From positions 186,001 through 250,000 of IMG/VR virus record IMGVR_UViG_3300042402_002641: a stretch of 64,000 bases of DNA; one strand, given 5' to 3'. Below are positions 32,001 through 38,551 of this stretch, in pieces. How positions within the stretch are numbered: the stretch's first letter is position 1; each line of letters begins with the position of its first letter. Both the position numbers and the translations under genes were made by a program. The notes under the pieces were generated by a model. The model did no database searches and was not told the origin of the DNA. It saw only the letters and a list, made by a program, of their open reading frames with translations.

Positions 32001-33876
32001 GTATGTAAATAAAGTTAAAAAATACTTAGGTATAGACTATACTTTGGATCTAGTACAGAATAGAGTAGAATTTAATACAGCACCTATTAATAATTCAGTA
32101 ATAGAACTTATCTCTATAGGTGTAGGCGGAATAGGTATATTATCTTCAGATATATTCGTTGCCGATGGAGCCACTAACCTATTCCTAACAGATGCTAACT
32201 ACAACGACACAGCATTAATATTTGTTAGTGTAAATGGTGAGCCCGTAGATACTGGGTTTATAGACAGCACAGAAGTCACAGATATTCCGGGTAAAACTTT
32301 AGTAGAATTCGGAATAATTCCGTCGGCGGATGCAGTGATAAAAATAATAAGTCTTCAAGCCAGTGCCGATGTAGATAGTTCAGGAGTGTCTGTGGTGCAG
32401 GTCAATACTCAAACGGTGTATTTTGAAGGTAGTACGAGAAGTTTTGATCTTGAAGGGTTTGTAGAGATATCGAGGGGGTCGGCACCTAATTCAATGTTGG
32501 TAGAAGTAGATGGCCAATATCTCAGAGGTGCAGATACAATCTATGTTGAATATGACGGAACTAACAACACGTTTATTCTAGGTCAAGATCCGTTAGAAGT
32601 ATCTGGATCTATTCTACCCAGCAATATTAGAGTATATGTTAATAATCGATTGAAAACTTTTATCACGGAATATACCTATAACGCTGCTACGAAGGAATTA
32701 GTAATTATCCCGGCTGTTCTCAATAACGGAGATCGAATAAAAATTGAAAATAATCGTAGGGCAGAATATTCTATAGTTGATTCTAATCTTGTAATAGATT
32801 CTGGTGTTTCTATGATTACTACCAACGAAACAGATAATGTAGAAATAAATGTTACATGGTTTAGCGAATATGCTTCATTGGATATGATATCGGATGAAAT
32901 TGTAGGCGGCAAGGTACAGTATCAATTACCCCGTGCTCCTATATCTGCTAGTTATGTTTGGGTGTATAAGAACGGAACCCGCCTTACTCAGGATCAAGAT
33001 TACTATGTCAATATACCCAGAAATGTAGTTTATCTGGTTGCAGATTCAACCGTGAATGATCAGATCAAGATAGTGTTATTTTCATCAGACGTTTATCGAT
33101 CACCTAGTGCTTTTGAAATTCATAAAGATATGTTGAATGTATATCATTATAATAGATTTTCTAGAGGCGAAGTAACACTGGCCTCAACACTTAACTATTA
33201 TGATACTACTATTACGGTTACTGACGGTTCAAAACTAACCGAACCAATTACTTCAAGGAACATTCCGGGAATTATAAATGTAGAGGGAGAAAGAATAGAA
33301 TATATGAGTAAAGTTGGGAATGTTCTATCACAGCTAAGAAGAGGTTCTCAAGGCACAGCTATCGCAGAAATTTACTCTGCGGGAACCGCGGTTATTGATG
33401 TAGGATACGAAGAAGTGTTGCCTTACAATGAAACACAGCAAAGAACAGATTTCTATAGTGACGGTAGTTCACTATTAGTTGGGCCTTTAGATTTTGTGCC
33501 TATACAAGGTGTTAGAACTTCGTGGTACAGAGACACTGTGCCTAGTTCTTACAGTGCCTGTGATCAAATTGAAGTGTTTGCGGGAGGCCGTAGATTGCGC
33601 AAAGATCCTGTCGCAGTATGGGTGGAAGACAACGGAGCCTACAGCCCCGAAGCCGATGAAAGACTAGAAGCAGAATTTGCGGTGGACGGTATCACTGCTT
33701 ATATTAGGCTCACAGCGCCATTGGCTGCAGGTACAAGGGTAACTGTAATTAAAAGAACAGGCAGAATCTGGTACGATAGAGGAGAAACCGCAGCGTCTAG
33801 TGGCCAAACATTGCTGGATAATTCAACGGCTGTAGCAAGATTCATAGCGGAGAAGACTACGGTTTTACCTCGATAA
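20098..33876 (+). CDS. Giant multidomain baseplate wedge/receptor-binding protein (~4,592 aa), gp7-position
   Basis: Follows gp6; likely start ATG 20098. Contains CBM5/12-like Trp/Tyr repeats, FG-GAP-like blades, EVKPFRT wedge-like motif and Ig-like V.VNG repeats. Confidence 0.65.
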   Translation: MSDKFFPFSKLPIRKSVELLPKVFQTEANDKFLAGVVDPLVQPGLLDKITGYVGRRFGKTYNGNDLYLDTDATLRSAYQLEPGVIYRNQDKIENFYDYIDFKNQLKFFGNTDERDDKLTSQEHYAWNPPIAWDKFINYREYYWVPGGPPSVSIYGQSATVNSTYKVVLSTTANSFVFTPDAYTNNPTLTLYRGQTYKFRVNAPGEGFSIRTNYDTGSLIFKPNYPYLAGNLAVYDTKLYRARRDINPADGSSITLDSEDWEYLEPAASGAALEYKKGVINNGTENGTVTFTVPYDAPDTLYYQGLINPDAFGRFVIADIESNTYLNVDKDIVGKSEYTSSTGITLSNGMVVEFQGTVIPEKYSQETWVVEGVGKAITLTKFSDLIVPVLTATVPEVLFDNAGFDTEPFDDATAYPTFKDYITIAKDSIDSNPWSRYNRWFHRSVLETAYTLRGEDFPAEESTRAKRPIIEFSANLQLFNHGSAAKQTVDYLDDYTTDVLSRIEGSTGYNVDGEFLFEGARILVIADTDRLTNNKIYEVKFIRHINTTQIHLVETEDSDSILGQGVLVRRGSKNGGKMFHFNGTNWIPSQAKTSVNQAPRFDVFDSTGVSFSDIEKYTTSTFTGTKIISYKLGSGRIDTELGFSLSYLNIDNVGDIEFNFDWDSDIAEYTETRTPKSVKISTGYYKFNPDAVYANNWLLAGSEFMQPIVDSQLVISDTNTLTFDTIDWSALKTDPIINIYINGTKYAGTYTRTENTFEFPLTLSAKDAVVLKVITDLDPDQGYYEIPAGLEKNPFNTELTSFTLGQAVDHIVSAVEFDSKVTGNIPGVSNLRDSDGYQKHAKRFLKHSGIAPLAIMTLCDKTHNIIKSIQYAKKAYTDFKNNFAARAVEIDYNDSVPDFVDDVINSLAKNKTAVSPFADSDMLGSGAYTVVTYTVEDVGIKTFSLGEKFDLTSLSKRAVYVYLNGSQLLNARDYSFNSTFGFVQLSVNLEENDLVEIREYVSTATSHIPPTPTSMGLYKKYTPIRFIDDTFQEPREVIQGHDGSITAAYGDFRDDLLLELEYRIYNNIKQEYDSSIFDIDSILGGYYGVGLYTKPQLDNIVNQEFLKWVQNTNINYTLNSYFDSENSFTYTYSKMSDPLKTQTLPGYWRGVYQWFYDTDRPHRCPWEMLGFSQEPTWWQSQYGAAPYTRNNLLLWEDLENGHIRQGNRAGRYDRYKRPGLINHIPVDGDGLLLSPLDSGLAQDFSLINNQGTFVLGDIGPVEYAWRSSSEWPFAVIMAMCLMKPFEFITDNFDRSRTTTNILDQTVNGTTSLFSTLGEIAPITLSDSYIGLLKYIAAYVKSRGISQDSIIEKINNLDVSLSFRMSGFVDQQQQKFLLDSKNPSATTSSIYVPAENYDIIFNVGAPVATVAISGVIFEKTQGGWIATGYDDIHPYFEYHQALPSQRDPVISIGGVSETFLDWTLDKNYNNGTLVRYSNDFYRALRTHNSGNTFDKSVWQKLSDIPKIGAVEAQRRRTFNTLAVKRISYGTLFTTVQQVVDFLLGYESYLKSLGFIFDRYDPVNQVSQDWLSSAKEFMFWTKHNWELGSLIAISPMAEKVDVEVPVGVADNILDGFYDYQVLKGDGKPLEPRFINVNRSFQKITVETTNTDEGVFFLKLNYVLKEHVTVFDDRTVFNDIIYDKTTGYRQGRIKVQGFRTVDWDGDYTSPGFLFDNVNIQTWQPFRDYRLGDIVSYKSFNWTSLRNQLGSETFNDSVWTKLDSTPQKQLIPNFDYKIKQFSDYFETSSEGTNQNQRELARHTIGYQQRDYLNNLAEDPVSQFQLYQGFIREKGSANAITKIFGKLSRSGSDSVTLNEEWAFLLSRIGGTDQLTEIEIQIEKNKIKFNSQVLTIESGVRGVVSDLNYRININDFTVPPIPYVTNINPTSLEINPSFTAGYVYENQYEHVIATQTELTTLDISTVKENDHIWITFYRDSWTVLRANQVEMLSVITVERFDDTTVTVTFNRPHVFLVDTYVGFRNIVNLQGFFKIITVTNTTVSIEIDADNEDPEIDSSTIVNPTILTESRFDNYQILDRGTSALLYNGARLFIDNNGNDLWEVIEKQKQYTANSITDYATTSPINAGKKVIYDTVNSQLLVSIPGSGIVNVYAESSTGLVLKQIISPPNGFFANALGSFGNAMALSPDGKVLIVGAAEASGVASAFRGPWATDQFYQQDEIVLYGGRLYRAKNPNTVGVDNSTEIAINTDDWELATIIPALESGVNTGLYQQGMVAVYTYTNGRFFNTAAFVSPRPADNEKFGSEITLSVSGSSYYMAVSATGSYNNTGRVYLFKFNGTAWSHLENPMYTGVYDFQKSYKAGEIVWQAAQDPVVEAARGNLWMNLEDSTTDGSTITIQSQGWLKVSDISTNCSLPTTISVEDDGSTLEFAVTGLLNETQMAELVKQGDKFGSSMAMNRDGSILVIGAPDADGQYFANYRGLWRGDVEYVEGEVVRFKDLTAPGDSYQYYRLGDAFLGADSTYRSYNEDPSDSANWQVVGDSTTESSGKVWVYARTAGDVYELKQMINAASISSFSDIDSGLVISTGDQFGFAMDMDFTGNTLVVSSPRSDINYQDQGSVYVLELDSNIIEYRVKQRLESFETYPNEYFGYGVSVSPDAAKIAVGARNASNDIPVAFDILLGTIFDLGTTRFSSAQGYTGGVYIFDKKDQIFFLTEKLQEVFSPDEAFGSSVDCVGSYVAVGSPYYRAPVLDSEGELTYEGSYIGNARLFKKDSTLSSWNILNTQQPVVDIRKIRSIEYYDNVQNIKIQDLDFIDSAKGKILNSAEQEIKFKTPYDPAVYTIGTDQVVTDPAIAWYESNVGKLWWNIAAAKWIYAEQGDTAFRTGNWNQLAKGSDIAVYEWIQSVLLPNEWAAVADTNEGLAQGISGQPLYPNNDAYSVKQILNPTTGQVQETFYFYWVENKTVVPANMADRTKSAAEVANIIANPVGTGTSFIALIASDKFVLYNAKSVMSSDTALINIKYRNDLASLRPIHSEYQLLTESVADSVPTLQLENKWIDSLVGTDTQGNRVPDTALPAKQKYGINFRPRQSMFVDRLTALKLAIININEVLTNQPFADLIDFTNLNAKDPAPAEILNLYDVTVDTEIDLQTVGTVRTKQAVLRANLVDGELDTVDIVDPGFGYRVVPPIEVEGDGLGAKIAVTLDNQGRIATITVLNRGKRYRTLLAKVRNFSVLVLNDSTIDNFWSVYAWDDVRKVFFRSQSQAYDTTKYWNTVDWYLSGYNQDSPITREILSVFQEPQYQISPGELIRVKEYGAGGWAIFEKINNAGTTFSDRFKLVARQDGTLQLKSSLYDTTVAGIGFDNAQSFDNTTYDISNSIELRNILQAVKKDIFVADYAIEWNKLFFSSIRYTLSEQQYVDWVFKTSFLNATHSVGSFEQKLNYKNDNLESYQQYIDEVKPFRTTVREYVSRYNTPEPYQSAIADFDLAPNYSVIDGKVVPITFDRAELTQYPWKWWTDNNGYSVTEILLYEYGTLYTTVPRVVIEGNGSGATAQAYISNGRVSGIKMLTTGSGYTQTPTVTLVGGNSNDGTQAKATAVLGNTKIRTFNLTVKFDRVSKTGDYQSYTQNQIFVATGSTAVFELGYAPTRDKTKISIFKNNQLVLTSEYTISLYYLDTDNYSLLRGKIIFNIAPVNGDVITVNYEKNIELLSAINRIDRFYTPVSGMVGKELNQLMTGIDFGGVQIQGTTFEVTGGWDALPWFTDNWDSVEAASDYYVVHDGSTNTVTLPYIPAAGQEINIYIKRAGETQTRRIDDPAYNDQIDSSTSANPNAEMPTFIGDGVNNIVEIGDYLSTQSGDTLIFRPSESDGSVTITDDNLLDTKLSGGTLSAIDNIYVTARGTTAEEIAITGGKFIEPDHVPAPEENIPGQVMDSVSIKVFQSTPTGSAALQSKIVKGNGIDTDFDIGQPIVENNSVIVYVNKVKKYLGIDYTLDLVQNRVEFNTAPINNSVIELISIGVGGIGILSSDIFVADGATNLFLTDANYNDTALIFVSVNGEPVDTGFIDSTEVTDIPGKTLVEFGIIPSADAVIKIISLQASADVDSSGVSVVQVNTQTVYFEGSTRSFDLEGFVEISRGSAPNSMLVEVDGQYLRGADTIYVEYDGTNNTFILGQDPLEVSGSILPSNIRVYVNNRLKTFITEYTYNAATKELVIIPAVLNNGDRIKIENNRRAEYSIVDSNLVIDSGVSMITTNETDNVEINVTWFSEYASLDMISDEIVGGKVQYQLPRAPISASYVWVYKNGTRLTQDQDYYVNIPRNVVYLVADSTVNDQIKIVLFSSDVYRSPSAFEIHKDMLNVYHYNRFSRGEVTLASTLNYYDTTITVTDGSKLTEPITSRNIPGIINVEGERIEYMSKVGNVLSQLRRGSQGTAIAEIYSAGTAVIDVGYEEVLPYNETQQRTDFYSDGSSLLVGPLDFVPIQGVRTSWYRDTVPSSYSACDQIEVFAGGRRLRKDPVAVWVEDNGAYSPEADERLEAEFAVDGITAYIRLTAPLAAGTRVTVIKRTGRIWYDRGETAASSGQTLLDNSTAVARFIAEKTTVLPR

Positions 33877-33879
33877 ATA
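33872..33879 (+). promoter_or_regulatory. Late promoter GATAAATA overlapping the giant gene stop
   Basis: TAAATA core at 33874-33879; favours ATG 33905 as the downstream start. Confidence 0.55.
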
Positions 33880-33904
33880 CATGATGAATTCAACAGAGAA
33901 CAAA

Positions 33905-34552
33905 ATGTCAGAAAATCAATCAAAAATCTCCGAGATCCCCCAGGCCCGACCAAATGAAACGGGCGGTTTCCATTTTGAAGGACACATTAAGATCTTTGAT
34001 CCTAACACCAAAGAAGTGTTCATTGATAAACGTAACGCTATCCATTATGAAAATATGAGTGTGGCCATGGTGCAGAGTCTTAGCAATCAAGGTCAGGGAA
34101 CAATTTATCAAATGGCGTTTGGTTCTGGAGGCACAATCGTTGATCCAACTGGCCTGATAACATATCTAACACCTAATACTATAGGAGTTAACTCTAGTTT
34201 ATACAACCAAACCTATGTAAAAGTTGTAGATCAAAACGCTATTGAAAATACAGACCCTGCTAGAAATCTCATGCAGGTAAGACATATCAGTGGCGCTACT
34301 TACAGTGATATTCTAATCAGTTGTTTACTAGACTATGGAGAACCTCTAGAACAACAGGCCTTTGATAACTCAGTCGACATGAATGGAAATTTCGTTTTTG
34401 ATGAATTAGGATTAATTAGCTACAATCCTAATGGCGCAGGAAAACTGCTGACGCATGTGATATTTCATCCGGTGCAAAAAAGTTTAAACAGACTGTTACA
34501 GATCGATTATACAATCCGTGTACAGAGCTTAACCGGTTTCACAGAGGTATAA
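33905..34552 (+). CDS. Baseplate/fibre-attachment structural protein
   Basis: GHIKI.D, NAIH, MAFG.GG, FDELGL, HVIFHPVQKS..R..QIDYT.R; lies between wedge and fibre genes. Track start is 33881. Confidence 0.55.
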   Translation: MSENQSKISEIPQARPNETGGFHFEGHIKIFDPNTKEVFIDKRNAIHYENMSVAMVQSLSNQGQGTIYQMAFGSGGTIVDPTGLITYLTPNTIGVNSSLYNQTYVKVVDQNAIENTDPARNLMQVRHISGATYSDILISCLLDYGEPLEQQAFDNSVDMNGNFVFDELGLISYNPNGAGKLLTHVIFHPVQKSLNRLLQIDYTIRVQSLTGFTEV

Positions 34553-34555
34553 TAG

Positions 34556-36667
34556 ATGCCATATTCAGTTAATTTTACAGATAAAGAAAACAAAACACCA
34601 ATAACGGTGTTTGATAATACTTCCAGCACAGACACCAGTCTAAAATTTCCAGGCAGAAATGTAACAGGATACGGACAGATTATCGCAGAAAACTTTTTGG
34701 CTCTGTTAGAAAATTTCTCTTCTGCCGACGAACCAATTAATCCTATAGAAGGACAGTTGTGGTATAATAGCACAGACGGGGTTCTTCAGATTTGGGATAA
34801 CACTGCATGGAAAGCAGCTTCCGGCATACAAAAAGGTGTAAGTGAACCCTCAGTACAAACTAGTAAAGTTGGTGAACTATGGGTCGACACTACAAATCAA
34901 CAGCTACGCATTTTCACAGGTACACGCTGGATTTTAGTAGGACCAACAGAAAGCTCTGTCGACGGACTACGATATGGACCTGTAGTAGAAAGGATCGCCG
35001 ACTCTGATAACATTGACAGATTTGTTCTTACGTTTTACATTGCAGACATACCAGTAATTATTTTTAGTAAAGATAGTTTTACTCCCAAGACCATAATACC
35101 CGGATTTAATATTATTCGTTCCGGTATGAATATATCTGATCCCGGTACCGCACCTGAGATAGCAGCATTCGTTGGAGGTTTTGAGCCGATAATGTTTGGC
35201 ACAGCTACTCGAGCTAACGCATTAAATGTCGGAGGTATTGAAATTGATTCAGGCAAGTTTTTGAGATCGGATACAATTAATACTACAGATTTTGCATTCA
35301 ACGTTAGAAATAACAACGGAATTACTGTTGGCATTGATGGAACATTTAACATTGGTACTTCTGCTACCGCAGCAAAAATATATAACAGTGCTGCCGGTAG
35401 TTCGATTGACATACAAACCAGTCGCGACGGAATTCCATCTACGATTTTAAAAGTTGTAGATAACAGAGTGGGCATTAATCAGGCTACCCCTAGTCAGGCA
35501 TTAGACATTGATGGTAGTCTTACACTTACAGGTTCTGTTATTGTAACAAACAATACTGCTAGCACCAATTTTAATAATGGAAGTTTAAGAACAGCAGGTG
35601 GTGCCGCAATCACAAAAAATCTCATAGTAGGAGACGGTGTTGACATCACTGGCACTACACAGCTCAACAACCTGCAACCTAAAACGACTGATTTGTATGA
35701 CTTAGGCACCGGCCTCAAACGTTGGAAAACCGTCAGAGCCAAAACAGTTATAGCAGATACTATAGAAGGCGTATTATCCGGAAATATCAGCGGTAACGCT
35801 AATACCGCTTCTAGTCTCACGAATGTAACTAGTTTTCAACTAACAGGCGATGTGTCAAGCCCCCCTGTGCAGTTTGATGGGCAGGTTGGCAGTTTCACCA
35901 AAATATTTAATACCACCTTAACTGCTAATATCATTGTAGACAAAAATCAACCTTTTCCAAATATATCTAAATCCACAGACTTTGTGCTAGTTTATAGAGC
36001 AAGTGATGCAGCCCTAGCATCATCGGGATTATTAAAACAAACTAGAGACACCTTTGTAGGAGATTTAGGTATTCCTATTGGTGGCATAATTCCTTACGCC
36101 GGAGCAACTGCTCCTTATGGATTTTTATTCTGTGACGGTTCCGAGATTGAAAGACCAAAATTTTCTGTATTATATGACATTATAGGCAGTACATATAATG
36201 GAGCGACCCCATTGGTCGGTGTAAACACTTTTAGATTACCAGACTTACGAGGCAGATTTCCATTGGGTAGAGACAACATGGATAATGCAGGAACAGTTCC
36301 TATAAGTACGGGTGGATTTGTAGATTCGGGTGGCGGCACTGCGGGTAGGGTATCTGACATACAGGCTACCACCACAGGCGGTGCTGCAGGTTCAAGTTCG
36401 ACTACGCTTACATTGGCAAACTTACCAGAACACAGCCATACACTAAGTTCCGGAGCACAAGATTACTCAGCTATAGCAGTGACTACAACTATCGATCCAG
36501 CTGCAACTACAGGACTTGGACCAACTGCACCTGGTCAAGCACAATATCTCAAAGATTCAGGAGGAATTAAAAAACCGGCTCTGACTACACTGAGTACTCC
36601 GGTAGGCATCATGAATCCATTTCTAACAATAAATTATATTATTAGATCTGGACCACCGTTATTTTAA
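34556..36667 (+). CDS. Tail fibre protein 1 with tail-collar domain
   Basis: Shared fibre N-terminus (GYG...ENF..LLENF...P...GQ.W); collar motif PIGGIIPYAG..AP.G.L.CDG...F.LPDLRGRF; ends NPFLTINYII. Confidence 0.85.
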   Translation: MPYSVNFTDKENKTPITVFDNTSSTDTSLKFPGRNVTGYGQIIAENFLALLENFSSADEPINPIEGQLWYNSTDGVLQIWDNTAWKAASGIQKGVSEPSVQTSKVGELWVDTTNQQLRIFTGTRWILVGPTESSVDGLRYGPVVERIADSDNIDRFVLTFYIADIPVIIFSKDSFTPKTIIPGFNIIRSGMNISDPGTAPEIAAFVGGFEPIMFGTATRANALNVGGIEIDSGKFLRSDTINTTDFAFNVRNNNGITVGIDGTFNIGTSATAAKIYNSAAGSSIDIQTSRDGIPSTILKVVDNRVGINQATPSQALDIDGSLTLTGSVIVTNNTASTNFNNGSLRTAGGAAITKNLIVGDGVDITGTTQLNNLQPKTTDLYDLGTGLKRWKTVRAKTVIADTIEGVLSGNISGNANTASSLTNVTSFQLTGDVSSPPVQFDGQVGSFTKIFNTTLTANIIVDKNQPFPNISKSTDFVLVYRASDAALASSGLLKQTRDTFVGDLGIPIGGIIPYAGATAPYGFLFCDGSEIERPKFSVLYDIIGSTYNGATPLVGVNTFRLPDLRGRFPLGRDNMDNAGTVPISTGGFVDSGGGTAGRVSDIQATTTGGAAGSSSTTLTLANLPEHSHTLSSGAQDYSAIAVTTTIDPAATTGLGPTAPGQAQYLKDSGGIKKPALTTLSTPVGIMNPFLTINYIIRSGPPLF

Positions 36668-36680
36668 TTAGAGAACAAGA

Positions 36681-38531
36681 ATGGCATACCAAATAAACAA
36701 AACTGACGGAACTATTATAGCCACAGTGGCTGATGGGCAGATAGATACCCTATCCACAGACATCACACTGATAGGTAAAAATTACAGTGGGTTTGGAGAA
36801 GCATTTAATGAAAATCTAGTAAAAATGCTAGAAAATTTTGCCAGCACCACAGCACCTCTACATCCATTAAAAGGCCAGGTTTGGTTTGATAATGCAGAAA
36901 ATAAGTTAAAAGTTTATAATGGCTCAACATTTATTCCTGTGAGTTCCGCCACCATTTCTAGCACACAACCCGATACCTTATCTATAGGTGATTTATGGTT
37001 TGATGATGTAGGAGCTCAGTTGTATTTCTTCGACGGGAATCAACCTATATTAATCGGACCAGCATATTCAACAGCACAAGGTAAAAGCGGATTAGAGGTC
37101 GACAGCATATTAGATACTCTGAATCAAACCAAAGTAATAACATATCTTTATAACAATGGTATATTACTAGGAATTTTTTCTAAAGACAGTTTCACACCTA
37201 AAATTTCTATTATTGGATTTAGCGGTAGCATAGAGCCTGGATTTAACGCAGGTACATTGGCTAATATAAAGTTTCGAGTAACCTGTACTAATTCAGAACA
37301 ATTAGGAGGTGCAGTAGCTACCACATATGCTAGAAGAGATTCAGCTAACACGTTGAACGGACAATTAAGTATAAACGTAGATGCAGGTCTAGTGATAGGC
37401 TCGGGTAATCAGATGAATCTCTTGGTAAGCTCGGGAGATATAGAAGTATCCAATTTTGCCAGCGACAAAGATCTATTTCTTAAAGTTAGAAAAGGTATTG
37501 ATCAAGAAACTGCGGTATCTATAGATTCAAGCACACGAACAGTTGGAATATATTCAGGATTTCCAACCAGTATGGTTAATATCGGGGGCAGTTTAATAGT
37601 AGCAGGTGACCTTACTGTTGAAGGAACCACTACTACTATTAATACCGCTAATGTAACTATCGAAGACAAAACACTGACATTGGCCAACGTAGCAGCGCCA
37701 ACGGAAACCACTGCTACTGGTGCTGGTATAATAATTAGATCTACTGGTTCAGATTCATCTGCCTACGATAAAGAAATAGTTTATAGATCTACCAGCGAAG
37801 GACCTCCGCCTACCGGAGTATTTGACGTTAGTGAAGATCTAAATCTAGCAGCAGGCAAACAGTTACAGATAGGCGGGGTTAAAGTCATTGACGGTAACAG
37901 TCTTGGAAGTTCAATTACCAGTATTCCGGGAGTTACAGCTTTTGGTACACAGAATGTTCTAAACATTGGTCCTGGAGTACCGCCAGTAACACAGATGCGT
38001 TTAGAAAACCATAGGATCAGCACAGTGTCAACTAATTTTGACATCGAACTTGAACCAGACGGCTCGGGAAATGTTGCGTTAATAGGCTTGCCGAGAATCA
38101 CAGGAATGCAGAATCCTGTGGGTCAACAAGATGCAGCCACCAAAGAATATGTAGATAGCACAGTAGAGTCAAGATCATTGGTATTCAGCACGGATTTATC
38201 TGATGGAAAATCTAACACATATATTATTGCTAACATTTTAAATAATTTAGCTCCGGTAGCTGAATTTAGAAATGGTACTTATGCAAGAATATTGTGTACA
38301 CTAATCAATCCTTCCAGCACCAGTTTAGCTATCAATACATTGCCTCCTGGTATCGGTACTAATCCTTTCTTGACCGATCTATCAGGAAGCAGTTCTTTAG
38401 CCATTACTAGTATTTCATTCCCCACAGCTACAATTCCTGCAGCGTCTATTTCAACAACTAGAATTATTAAAACGTTTCAAATTGTAGCTAACGTTTGGAC
38501 ATGGCAGTCAGATTTGAGTTTACCACCATAA
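36681..38531 (+). CDS. Tail fibre protein 2
   Basis: Same N-terminal module; GDLTVEGTTTTIN...IEDK and DAATKEYVD fibre motifs. Confidence 0.8.
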   Translation: MAYQINKTDGTIIATVADGQIDTLSTDITLIGKNYSGFGEAFNENLVKMLENFASTTAPLHPLKGQVWFDNAENKLKVYNGSTFIPVSSATISSTQPDTLSIGDLWFDDVGAQLYFFDGNQPILIGPAYSTAQGKSGLEVDSILDTLNQTKVITYLYNNGILLGIFSKDSFTPKISIIGFSGSIEPGFNAGTLANIKFRVTCTNSEQLGGAVATTYARRDSANTLNGQLSINVDAGLVIGSGNQMNLLVSSGDIEVSNFASDKDLFLKVRKGIDQETAVSIDSSTRTVGIYSGFPTSMVNIGGSLIVAGDLTVEGTTTTINTANVTIEDKTLTLANVAAPTETTATGAGIIIRSTGSDSSAYDKEIVYRSTSEGPPPTGVFDVSEDLNLAAGKQLQIGGVKVIDGNSLGSSITSIPGVTAFGTQNVLNIGPGVPPVTQMRLENHRISTVSTNFDIELEPDGSGNVALIGLPRITGMQNPVGQQDAATKEYVDSTVESRSLVFSTDLSDGKSNTYIIANILNNLAPVAEFRNGTYARILCTLINPSSTSLAINTLPPGIGTNPFLTDLSGSSSLAITSISFPTATIPAASISTTRIIKTFQIVANVWTWQSDLSLPP

Positions 38532-38551
38532 TGAATACAGGAGCGCAATAA

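Noticed and set aside
6850-33876. Inteins or introns in gp46, gp47, gp55 or the giant gene
   Set aside because: No intein splice motifs with LAGLIDADG blocks noticed and no frame interruptions.
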